A stretch of DNA of 64,000 nt from an uncultured Gammaproteobacteria bacterium (GTDB lineage: Bacteria; Patescibacteriota; Microgenomatia; UBA1406; HO2-37-13b). Position 1 is the stretch's first letter; the number at the start of each line of letters is the position of its first letter. Below are positions 28,206 through 36,985 of the stretch, in pieces. A program made the position numbers and the translations under genes. The DNA lies in the NCBI GenBank assembly GCA_964612595.1, contig CAZTFB010000001.1, positions 131,058 through 195,057 of the forward strand. Direction: 5' to 3'. The notes below the pieces were generated by a model. It searched no databases and was not told the origin of the DNA. It worked only from the letters and a program-made list of their open reading frames with translations.

Positions 28206-30461
28206 TTAGCTTCTAAACCGTAGCTTAATATAATCCTGTGCTTGTGAGCCTTGCAATTCAGACGTAGAGTTACCAGCACGGACATAAAAGCGCTGACTTT
28301 GACCATCTTTAACGTAGATAGGTACTCTAGATGGCAAGCAATCTATGGCGAGCATACGCTTGCCCTCATGGTCTTCAAATCTTGGATGGAGGTATACCGT
28401 CCAATGTGAGCCTATTCTGTCATTAAGCAGATTTACTAAATGTAAATGTAATTTATCGTCATTCTCAAAGCCATCTACACTTAGTCCTAATGCTTCTTTA
28501 TCATCCGAAACACCAATTAAGAGTGTCCCGCCTTTGCTATTTAGAAAACCTGCAATAGTTTTTAGTACGCTTAGTTCAATTCTTGGGTCTGGCTGTCCAG
28601 TATGTAAATTTGTTCTTAGAGTGGACTTGAACTCTACAGCTCCTGTCTCTCCTTGCGCAATAATATCAGCGATAGATAAGTGAGATATCTCATCTTCTTG
28701 TTTTAGGTCTGATTTTAATTTGTGATAGGCGTCTGCAATAATTTGTGAAATACGCTCTCTTCTTCTCATTAAAAATTCTTTGTAATCCATTTCTTCCCAA
28801 TTGTCAGGGAGACCATGCCAGTAATACATCTTTTTAATTTCTTGTGGTGAGAAGCGGGATACTATTTGTGGTACGTACTCTTTAGGGTCTGTATCAGAAA
28901 TTGCGGAGTTATCATTCCATTCCACTATCGCATAGTTAGCAATTTGGTTAGTGTCTCTAAGGTCTATTATGCCTTGGGTTTTAAGGTATGCTTTGGGGTA
29001 TAGATGGTGTCTCTCCAGCGCCGAGCGAGTGGATTTGATAGAAGCGTCTATTAAATCTGCAACTTTTAGCTTTGAAAATAGTGCGTCTGCCTCTAGTAGA
29101 ACTAGCGAAGCATAAAAGGCAAAAAGAGACGGGCTACGTGGTGAGGAAGTCGCAAGGCTGTTTGGTAAATTGATAGACCAATAGTCGTCTGTAAATACCT
29201 CTGCACAAATACGCTCTAACTCACCGACAAACTCATCTGCTTCTGTTACGTTTCTAAATCGTGCTAAGTCAAACTCCATAGCGCTCTCTGGAGAGCCTGT
29301 AAATCGTCCTGTTAAGCTGGACATAAAGAACCAACGGGCGATTACCTGTCGCAACTTAAACTCTTCTACTTTGTACTCTGTGCGCCCGATAAGGTAGAGA
29401 GTATAGGCAAACATTAAGTTAGTCTGGGAGCTAATGTAGTCGCTATTACGGTAGCCAGATAGTCCAATAGCTTTGAGGAAATCGTGCCAGTAGGTGAGGT
29501 TTAGCACACGGGATTGAGCATTTTTAAGTATCTCAAATTGGTCAATTCTTCTTTGCTCACTAAACTCACCTGTTTCTAAGTCCTTACCTCTTAAAATTGA
29601 ATAAACGTAGTGCAATCTGGCTCTCTTGAAACCTAAACCAACACTTACTCTAAGTAATTGGTCTGGGTCTGGTTGAGAAACTAAGTTATATGGCGATGGC
29701 TGACCAGTTGAGGGAGTTTTAGCCATACGGCAAAAATCCTCTAGCATAGTCCTTCCCTCATCCCAGAATACGGACATTAGGGTAAGGATAAAGTCCGATT
29801 GGTTAAGTGGTTTACCCTCGCTATTTATACGGACAAATATCTCTGCAACTTGCTCCTCTGTAATAGCGGACGATAATTCCAATGCCGTAAAAGGGAAATT
29901 AAGCAGGTTAGATAAGCGTGTAATAGACTGTCGTATCTTCTTTACGTCTTCTGGAGTAAGGCTTGCTACATCTTGATTATTTTGGATATACGTATCTACA
30001 AGTTCAAAAATATCTGTAGATTTATTCCAAAGCATGGAGATATTGGGGATATAAGACCTGTCTTTTTTTATGGCGGCGTCCGATACTGCAAAGCGTTCAG
30101 TAATGGGGTTAAACGATATTTCTATCTTTTCTTTTTGATAGTTTTCTCTAACGACCTCTACGCCTTGGATAACGGCAAAGAGTGATGTAAGTCTTTGCTG
30201 ACCATCTACTATAAGTAATCTCGCAGGTTTTTGCTTCGCTTCTGCTCCGATTTGTCTTGCTTCCTCTACAAAGGCATTTTGCCAAAAAAGTAAGTATCCA
30301 ATTGGGTAGCCCCGATACATACTGTCAAATAGGTCTCTAACTTTCGTATCTTTCCAAACAAAAGGGCGCTGAATGTCTGGTAAACCTATCTCACCCATCT
30401 CTATGTAGTTGACCAGAGTGCCTAAATCGTAGCGTACTTCTTTGAATAATCTATCTGCCAT
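28206..30461 (-). CDS. GmrSD-like DUF262-DUF1524 nuclease fused to a C-terminal AlbA_2 domain
   Basis: 751 aa. LPDIQRPFVW and IVDGQQRLTSL (DUF262/ParB-like), ERHHLYPKAYL..IANYAIVEWNDNSAISD (DUF1524 His-Me finger-like), C-terminal GETGAVEFKSTL..IAGFLNSKGGTLLIGVSDD (AlbA_2). Confidence 0.82.
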   Translation of the reverse strand: MADRLFKEVRYDLGTLVNYIEMGEIGLPDIQRPFVWKDTKVRDLFDSMYRGYPIGYLLFWQNAFVEEARQIGAEAKQKPARLLIVDGQQRLTSLFAVIQGVEVVRENYQKEKIEISFNPITERFAVSDAAIKKDRSYIPNISMLWNKSTDIFELVDTYIQNNQDVASLTPEDVKKIRQSITRLSNLLNFPFTALELSSAITEEQVAEIFVRINSEGKPLNQSDFILTLMSVFWDEGRTMLEDFCRMAKTPSTGQPSPYNLVSQPDPDQLLRVSVGLGFKRARLHYVYSILRGKDLETGEFSEQRRIDQFEILKNAQSRVLNLTYWHDFLKAIGLSGYRNSDYISSQTNLMFAYTLYLIGRTEYKVEEFKLRQVIARWFFMSSLTGRFTGSPESAMEFDLARFRNVTEADEFVGELERICAEVFTDDYWSINLPNSLATSSPRSPSLFAFYASLVLLEADALFSKLKVADLIDASIKSTRSALERHHLYPKAYLKTQGIIDLRDTNQIANYAIVEWNDNSAISDTDPKEYVPQIVSRFSPQEIKKMYYWHGLPDNWEEMDYKEFLMRRRERISQIIADAYHKLKSDLKQEDEISHLSIADIIAQGETGAVEFKSTLRTNLHTGQPDPRIELSVLKTIAGFLNSKGGTLLIGVSDDKEALGLSVDGFENDDKLHLHLVNLLNDRIGSHWTVYLHPRFEDHEGKRMLAIDCLPSRVPIYVKDGQSQRFYVRAGNSTSELQGSQAQDYIKLRFRS

Positions 30462-30529
30462 ATTTATATTTATAACTATAGTCCAAAGTCTTTAGCTTTT
30501 GTATTTAATCAGTTGATTTTTTGTAACAA

Positions 30530-30724
30530 ATGCTAAATAATGATAAGTACAATTATATGGCAAAAGATGACCTTTTTTCAATAGAAGAAGTGGCTAAGAC
30601 GCTCAAAGTTTCGTATATCACCGTTTACAGGTGGATTAGGGCTAATAAATTGCCGTCTTTCAAGGCGGGTAAGCAGTATAGAATAAAAAAAATAGACCTA
30701 GATACTTTTCTAAAAGTTAAATAA
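30530..30724 (+). CDS. Excisionase/MerR-type HTH DNA-binding protein
   Basis: 64 aa (or 55 aa from ATG 30557). FSIEEVAKTLKVSYITVYRWIRANKLPSFKAGKQYRIKKIDLDTFL. Confidence 0.75.
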   Translation: MLNNDKYNYMAKDDLFSIEEVAKTLKVSYITVYRWIRANKLPSFKAGKQYRIKKIDLDTFLKVK

Positions 30725-30732
30725 AGATAAAT

Positions 30733-32718
30733 ATGAGCGACCAAAATAACAAAATTAACAAAAAAGTTGAAATTGACTTGAGTGAGCTACTTAAAAAAGA
30801 CGCTCCTTATATCGTAGAGGATGGGAAAGTAAACGTAGATAAGTTAAAAGGCTTACTAACGGGCAAAACTACCGAAAAAGAAGATGACAGATTTTATTTT
30901 AACTGGGCTGGCAAAGATAAAGTTTTCCAAGCTATCCAAGCCCCCGCATACTCAACCCTAACCCCTCACAAAGATAAATCTATCGGATGGGATGAGACTG
31001 AGAACTTAATGATAGTAGGAGAAAATCTAGAGACCTTAAAACTCCTCCTCAAGCCCTACTTTGGCAAGGTCAAAGTTATTTATATTGACCCACCCTACAA
31101 CACAGGTAAAGATTTTATCTATCGGGATGACTTTTCCTCTCCATTGAAAGATTATTTAGTCAAAACGGGACAAAAGGACGCTAATGGAACAGGATTAACT
31201 ACTAATACAGAGACTAATGGACGTTATCACTCTGATTGGTTGAATTTTATGTATCCAAGGATATTTATGGCAAGAAATTTGTTAAAAGAAAATGGTTTAA
31301 TTTTCATCTCTATAGATGACCACGAGGTTCACCATCTAAGGATGGTAATGGATGATATTTTTGGAGAAGAAAATTTTATTACCCAATTTATTTGGAATAC
31401 AGAGGGACATACTGATAATCAGCTAGATGTAAAAGTAAACCATGAGTATGTAATTCTTTATGCTAGAAATTCCAAAGACGCTTCTCTTGAACAAGTCATA
31501 GACCCAAATACTAGAGAAAATAGTAATTTATGGAAAGGTTTTGCTGAAAATTCCATAACAAAAAACGGTTCTGGCAACCCTCCTAGTGAAGTAGAACTTC
31601 CTATAGGGTTTCCATGTAAAAGTGAAAGTCTGACACTTTCTCGTACCGATATTAGTGAGGATTTTTTTGATGCAGTGAATAAACAAAAGTACATTTCAAG
31701 AATAATTACGGATAAGTGGTCTGTTTCATACCCTGTAAGAGTAGACGAAATGATTGTGAACAACTACAAATTAGAGAAACCATGCAGAGTTTTTAGTGGA
31801 TGGGCAAATTTGAATAAGTTAAAAGAATTTATAAAAAATGATTGTAATCCTATAAAAGACGGGGATGACGATATTTCATTTTTTTTATCAGAGAACGGCG
31901 TTATTTACTACCACAGAAATAGAGAGAAAGCTAGAAATATAGTGTCTGTCCTCCGAAATTTAGGAACTACAGAAAAAATGCGTTCTGAATTAGAAAGTGA
32001 TGGCATAATTTTTCAGTATCCAAAACCTAAGGAGTTACTAAGCTACCTGTTTAAGATAAGTACAAGTGGTGAAGATTTAATTCTTGATTTTTTTGCTGGT
32101 TCTGGCACAACGGCACAGTCTATTTTTGAACTTAATCGTGAAGATGACCAGAAAAGAAAGTTTATTCTTGTTCAAATCCCAGAAAAGATTGATGAAAAAA
32201 GTCATGCAATAGATTTAGGATTTAAGTACGTATCGGAGATTTGTTTAGCTAGATTGAAAAAACTATCTGAGAAAAATAACAACTCGCTGAGTTACAAAGT
32301 ATTTGAGTTAACGCCTTCTAATTTCAATCTCAAGGAAGAGTTTGAACTAACCGAGAATAAAGACCTTGGAGAGCTTAAAACTAACTACCTAAAGGAACTA
32401 GGGCTATACGTAGACCAGCCCACCGTGGCTACCGCAAGTACTTTGGATATTGTCTACGAGATAATTCTAAAAAATGGTTTTTCACTTAACTCAAAAATTG
32501 AGCAGTTAAAACTAGGGTCAAATAATTTCTATAAAGTAAGCGACACCGAAAACGAGCTTGAGATACATGTATCCCTAGACGCCAAGATTGAGGACGGGTC
32601 GGTAGAGGCTATACGCACCACAGAGTACAAGGGAAAGACGTTTGCTTTTTACGACAATGCCCTCACCGATAGCCAAAAGATAAACCTCAATACCTTTGTG
32701 AAATTGCAGGTAATTTAA
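30733..32718 (+). CDS. mod: Type III restriction-modification methyltransferase (Mod), beta-class N6A/N4C
   Basis: 661 aa. VIYIDPPYNTGKDF (motif IV) precedes DFFAGSGTTAQS (motif I). Variable central target-recognition region. Confidence 0.92.
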   Translation: MSDQNNKINKKVEIDLSELLKKDAPYIVEDGKVNVDKLKGLLTGKTTEKEDDRFYFNWAGKDKVFQAIQAPAYSTLTPHKDKSIGWDETENLMIVGENLETLKLLLKPYFGKVKVIYIDPPYNTGKDFIYRDDFSSPLKDYLVKTGQKDANGTGLTTNTETNGRYHSDWLNFMYPRIFMARNLLKENGLIFISIDDHEVHHLRMVMDDIFGEENFITQFIWNTEGHTDNQLDVKVNHEYVILYARNSKDASLEQVIDPNTRENSNLWKGFAENSITKNGSGNPPSEVELPIGFPCKSESLTLSRTDISEDFFDAVNKQKYISRIITDKWSVSYPVRVDEMIVNNYKLEKPCRVFSGWANLNKLKEFIKNDCNPIKDGDDDISFFLSENGVIYYHRNREKARNIVSVLRNLGTTEKMRSELESDGIIFQYPKPKELLSYLFKISTSGEDLILDFFAGSGTTAQSIFELNREDDQKRKFILVQIPEKIDEKSHAIDLGFKYVSEICLARLKKLSEKNNNSLSYKVFELTPSNFNLKEEFELTENKDLGELKTNYLKELGLYVDQPTVATASTLDIVYEIILKNGFSLNSKIEQLKLGSNNFYKVSDTENELEIHVSLDAKIEDGSVEAIRTTEYKGKTFAFYDNALTDSQKINLNTFVKLQVI

Positions 32719-32721
32719 TCT

Positions 32722-35334
32722 ATGCTAAAGCTCAAGTTTAACCCCAACCTAGACTACCAGCAGGACGCCATAAAGGCGGTAACTGATATCTTTGAGGGAC
32801 AGATAAAGGTAGAAAAAAAACATATTTTTCAAGTCATACCTAACAAACTCACTCTAGAGAAAGACGCACTTCTAACAAACCTCCAGACCGTACAGGAAAA
32901 CAGTAGTCTTACAAAAAGCCCAGACTTTACAGCACCCCTTAATGTAACTCTAGAGATGGAAACGGGTACGGGTAAGACCTACGTTTACCTCCGCTCTATT
33001 TTAGAGTTATATCAAAAATACGGATTTTCTAAGTTTATTATCGTCGTCCCTACGGTAGCCATTAAAGAGGGCGTGATGAAGTCCCTAGCTATCACTAAAG
33101 ACCATTTTAAGGGTCTGTACAACAACCTGTCCTATGAGTACTACGAGTATGTATCTACTAAGCTAATGACCGTCCGAATGTTTGCGCAGTCCTCTCACCT
33201 GCAAATTATGGTCATTACAAAAGACGCTTTTAATAAAGATAAAAATATAATCCATAGTCAACCTGACAAAATGTATGGTGAAAAGCCTATTTCACTAATA
33301 CAAAAATCTAACCCCATCGTTATCCTAGACGAACCACAAAAGATGGGCGGAGAGGCTACCCAATGGGGCATAAAAGAACTTAATCCCCTAATCGTACTTA
33401 GATACTCTGCAACGCATAGGGATATTGAAAATCTAGTCTACAAACTCACCCCTTTTGACGCTTATGCAAAAGGATTAGTAAAAAAGATTGAGCTAGCCAC
33501 CGTCGTAGAGGAAAGCGACCCAAACACAAAAAAGATTATTCTAGAAAACATTTATTCCTCTGGTAGTAGCCTAAAGGCAAAGCTTAAGGTTTTTATCAAG
33601 AAAGCCACATCCGTGCAATTAAAAACCATTACCGTAGGCTCTGGCGATAATTTAGCTACTAAGTCAAAAAATCCTTACTACGATGGGTTTACCGTAAATG
33701 AAATTAACTCAGGTAATAACTATATCCGCTTCTCAAACGGTCTAAAAGTATACGTAGGGCAATCGTCCGTAAATGAGGATGAAATAGTGCGGATGATGGT
33801 ACGAGAGATAGTTTTAGAACACTTGGAAAAAAAGCGAAAGTTTAACCCTTTGGGAATTAAGACCCTTTCTCTCTTTTTTATCCACCGTGTAGACGACTAT
33901 AAACCCGCCGACGGGTGGCTCCGAAAAATGTTTGAGGAAGAATACCAAAAGGCTACTAGTACCGACTATCAAGAGTTTATGACCGCTAGACCAGACAAGG
34001 TACACTCTGGGTACTTCTCTGAGATGAAAAAAAACTCCTCAATAGAGAATGACGAGAAAGCATACGAATTGATTATGAAAGATAAGGAAGAGTTACTTTC
34101 CTTAGATAATCCCGTGGAGTTTATCTTTTCCCATTCTGCCCTACGTGAGGGGTGGGACAACCCCAATATCTTTAATATCTGTACCTTAGCCTACTCAACC
34201 TCTGATATTAAAAAAAGACAGGAAATCGGACGTGGATTACGTCTGGTAGTAAATCAGCAAGGAGACCGCATTTACGACCGAGATATAAACGTTCTTACCG
34301 TAGTTACAAACGAAAGTTACCAAAATTATGTATCAGAGCTACAAACCGAGTTTAGGGACGAGGCGGGAGAAAGCGCCCCACCTGTAGAGCATAAGAAAAA
34401 ACGTGTTAGCCTAACCCTAAAAGATGACGCATTAGCTAACAAGAGCTTTCAGAGCCTTTGGATATTACTATCAAAACGAGCTAAGTTTGTTGTCTCTATG
34501 CAAGAAGAGGAAATAATAAGTAAGTGCGTAGATGAAATTAACAAAATCGATGAAAGTAATATTAGAGAAATACGGGTACGCATTACTAAAAGAGGAATAG
34601 AGACTTTATTACTTGATGATATAAGAGGAGGAAATGTTGTAACCGACCGTAGTTATGGAATTGATGCCTCTAAGCAACTACCGAACATTATTTCCCTCCT
34701 CCAAGCCGATACTAAGCTCACCAAGAAAACTTTATTAGCCATACTGCAAAAAGTAAATAATTTTGACTTGTTTTTCAAAAACTCCTACCAGTATGCAAGC
34801 CTCGTTTCCTACGCCATTAAAACCGTCATATCAGACCTAGCCTCTAAAGGAATTAGCTACGTAGAGATTAGCGACGATTACGGGCTATCGCTTTTTAATA
34901 AGGAAGTCCAGACCTACGAAAAATACCTAGTAAAACTAGAGAGTGCCAAAACCCTCTATAAAACAGCCAATAATGGACAGGTGGACGCCGTGATTATTGA
35001 CCCTAGCCCATCCGTAGAGGGCGTATCACAGCCAGAGAAAAGGTTTGCCGAGAACGCAGACCGTAATGATACGGTTAAGTTTTTCTTTAAGCTCCCAGAC
35101 ACCTATTCTATTGCAACTCCAGCAGGGCAATATACGCCAGACTGGGCGGTAGTAGTAGAAAATGGCGACCACAACCAAGTCTATTTTGTAGCAGAAACTA
35201 AGGATACTAATAACATTAGTAGTCTCCGCCAAGAGGAGCAAATTAAAATACTCTCTGCACGGGCTATGTTTAAGGAGGTCATGCCGGAGGTTATTTTCAA
35301 AGCTCCCGTAAGCGAGTTTAGCGACCTTGCATGA
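32722..35334 (+). CDS. res: Type III restriction endonuclease (Res) helicase-nuclease subunit
   Basis: 870 aa. METGTGKTYVY (Walker A), ILDEPQK (DEAD-like), SHSALREGWDNPN, C-terminal PD..E.K nuclease (YTPDWAVVV..YFVAETKDT). Confidence 0.92.
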   Translation: MLKLKFNPNLDYQQDAIKAVTDIFEGQIKVEKKHIFQVIPNKLTLEKDALLTNLQTVQENSSLTKSPDFTAPLNVTLEMETGTGKTYVYLRSILELYQKYGFSKFIIVVPTVAIKEGVMKSLAITKDHFKGLYNNLSYEYYEYVSTKLMTVRMFAQSSHLQIMVITKDAFNKDKNIIHSQPDKMYGEKPISLIQKSNPIVILDEPQKMGGEATQWGIKELNPLIVLRYSATHRDIENLVYKLTPFDAYAKGLVKKIELATVVEESDPNTKKIILENIYSSGSSLKAKLKVFIKKATSVQLKTITVGSGDNLATKSKNPYYDGFTVNEINSGNNYIRFSNGLKVYVGQSSVNEDEIVRMMVREIVLEHLEKKRKFNPLGIKTLSLFFIHRVDDYKPADGWLRKMFEEEYQKATSTDYQEFMTARPDKVHSGYFSEMKKNSSIENDEKAYELIMKDKEELLSLDNPVEFIFSHSALREGWDNPNIFNICTLAYSTSDIKKRQEIGRGLRLVVNQQGDRIYDRDINVLTVVTNESYQNYVSELQTEFRDEAGESAPPVEHKKKRVSLTLKDDALANKSFQSLWILLSKRAKFVVSMQEEEIISKCVDEINKIDESNIREIRVRITKRGIETLLLDDIRGGNVVTDRSYGIDASKQLPNIISLLQADTKLTKKTLLAILQKVNNFDLFFKNSYQYASLVSYAIKTVISDLASKGISYVEISDDYGLSLFNKEVQTYEKYLVKLESAKTLYKTANNGQVDAVIIDPSPSVEGVSQPEKRFAENADRNDTVKFFFKLPDTYSIATPAGQYTPDWAVVVENGDHNQVYFVAETKDTNNISSLRQEEQIKILSARAMFKEVMPEVIFKAPVSEFSDLA

Positions 35335-35501
35335 TAAGCAAAAAAAGTGCTGATAATCTGAAAAAGATATTTAAGGAGGAGTACAAAGCCGACTTAACAG
35401 ACGAGGAGGCAAAGGAAGCGGGTCAAAAGTTGGTTGACTACTTTAGTCTTTTAATTGAGATTGATAAGAAAGCCAAAATTGTAAGAAAAAATGAAAAATG
35501 A
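35331..35501 (+). CDS. Small ORF (56 aa) translationally coupled to res
   Basis: ATGA overlap with the res stop. MISKKSADNLKKIFKEEYKADLTDEEAKEAGQKLVDYFSLLIEIDKKAKIVRKNEK. Below the track cut-off. Confidence 0.35.
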   Translation: MISKKSADNLKKIFKEEYKADLTDEEAKEAGQKLVDYFSLLIEIDKKAKIVRKNEK

Positions 35502-35790
35502 AGATGGAATTACTATTACGTGTCCTAAGTGTGGAAGAATAAAATTAGAAGCCTATCAAAACGAGGGCGTGCTTGCTGGCTTAGTGCAGACTAAATGCGA
35601 AAGGTGTAAAACTATAACAGATTTTCTTATGCTCCAAGATAAAGTGTATATCTACGACGATAAATTAAGGAATAACCCTAAACGAATTAAGAAATTACTT
35701 AACGAGTTCAAAAACAAATTGCCTAACGATAGAAAAATTGATATACTAGAAGCAATAACGGAGACGTTATTAGGAAACGAAAAATCATAG
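35491..35790 (+). CDS. Zinc-ribbon protein (99 aa)
   Basis: CPKCGR..(N)..CERCK. Confidence 0.6.
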   Translation: MKNEDGITITCPKCGRIKLEAYQNEGVLAGLVQTKCERCKTITDFLMLQDKVYIYDDKLRNNPKRIKKLLNEFKNKLPNDRKIDILEAITETLLGNEKS

Positions 35791-35834
35791 CCATTGTCTT
35801 CTGGCTCTAAAGTTGAAGATTTGAGGCTCACGAA

Positions 35835-35873
35835 GCCCTAACCAATTGCGAAATTGGTGGAGGGCTTTTTTTT
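35835..35873 (+). terminator. Rho-independent terminator
   Basis: GCCCT..CCAATT-GCGA-AATTGG..AGGGC compound stem followed by T8 (35866-35873). Confidence 0.7.
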
Positions 35874-35893
35874 ATGCCCCAAATCAAAAAACT

Positions 35894-36145
35894 ATGAGTA
35901 CAATGACTATGAAAAATGAGCTTTATTCTACTTCTGATTTACCCCTTGTAGCGACGCTATCCCTCTATTTTCCCGTAGAGAAAATTGACACAACTAACCC
36001 ACGTCGCACTTCTTTCTTATTTCTCCAAACCACCGAACTAAACGACTTGATAACCAAGTATTGGCGAAAGGAACTACGCATAGAACCCTTAGCCTTTTTT
36101 AATCAGTTAAAAACGGTCAAAACCATGCTTTATTCAAGAGTTTAG
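35894..36145 (+). CDS. DUF5659-like small protein
   Basis: From ATG 35894: MSTMTMKNELYSTSDLPLVATLSLYFPVEKIDTTNPRRTSFLFLQTTELNDLITKYWRKELRIEPLAFFNQLKTVKTMLY. Matches my recollection of the DUF5659 pattern. Confidence 0.6.
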   Translation: MSTMTMKNELYSTSDLPLVATLSLYFPVEKIDTTNPRRTSFLFLQTTELNDLITKYWRKELRIEPLAFFNQLKTVKTMLYSRV

Positions 36146-36156
36146 CTATGTAACCT

Positions 36157-36798
36157 ATGAGAAATAATGAAGATGTAAATAAGAAATTAGGAGGTTATTA
36201 CCCCACTTATAGGGGCAAATTACTATTGCTTAAATCTAAGGCACTAACTTTTCAAGAGTATGTATTGTATGACGCTAGTATCGCACTTGCTGACTGGGAT
36301 AAAAAACATGGAGACCGCTACGGGACATTAAAACTATCGCAGGAGGAAATTGAGGTAGTGCTGGGATGTAGCAAAGGGTTTGTATCCCGTCATGGAAAGG
36401 AGCTATATAAAAAGGGCTTCTGGGAAAAAGACGAGTATGGCAGAACTCGTGTAGTAGGCTTTGAGCTAATTGAAACTGGGCTACTTAAAACAATTACCAA
36501 AAAAGATAAGGTAGTAAATCTACAAAATTATATTGCAAATAAGCAAATCTATGACGCATTACTACAACAAGATATTGCAGAAAAGCAACTGATAAGCTCT
36601 AAAGAAGAGAGTACTTTTCAAGGCAAAAGTGTTGCAGATATACAACCTCCCCGTCCTATATCTGATTTAGTTTCCTCTAAGGGTGAATATAGTTTTAGAG
36701 ATACTAGTACTGGTTTATCAGATGAAGATATTAGATTAATTGAGGAAAGTTTAGCCGAAAGTACGCAAGTTAAGGGTAAGGAGGGTGGCTATGATTAA
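36157..36798 (+). CDS. Hypothetical protein with probable wHTH (213 aa)
   Basis: LSQEEIEVVLGCSKGFVSRHGKELYKKGF looks like an HTH. Otherwise unrecognised. Confidence 0.55.
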   Translation: MRNNEDVNKKLGGYYPTYRGKLLLLKSKALTFQEYVLYDASIALADWDKKHGDRYGTLKLSQEEIEVVLGCSKGFVSRHGKELYKKGFWEKDEYGRTRVVGFELIETGLLKTITKKDKVVNLQNYIANKQIYDALLQQDIAEKQLISSKEESTFQGKSVADIQPPRPISDLVSSKGEYSFRDTSTGLSDEDIRLIEESLAESTQVKGKEGGYD

Positions 36799-36985
36799 GC
36801 CGACACCTCCTGCTCCAACAACAACATTTTCCAAGGACGAAATTATTGAGCAGAAAATGAGGCTCTTGGCTAATTTTATGATTGACCGAATTTTGGAAAA
36901 CAAGGAAATTAAACCATCTATAGAAATCCCTAAAAATGCTATTATTAAAGTAACTCCATCTCGCAAGGATGGAACACAATTATGA
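36791..36985 (+). CDS. Small ORF (64 aa) coupled to serine recombinase 2
   Basis: ATG 36791 overlaps the upstream stop by 8 nt, and its stop forms ATGA with the recombinase start (36982). Confidence 0.4.
   Translation: MIKPTPPAPTTTFSKDEIIEQKMRLLANFMIDRILENKEIKPSIEIPKNAIIKVTPSRKDGTQL

Noticed and set aside
31879-32820. Homopolymers in the type III genes (T8 at 31879-31886 in mod, A8 at 32813-32820 near the 5' end of res) as phase-variation switches
   Set aside because: Runs of 7-8 A/T are frequent in this AT-rich DNA and shorter than typical contingency tracts. There are no tetra- or pentanucleotide repeats. Only population-level length polymorphism in reads would change this view.
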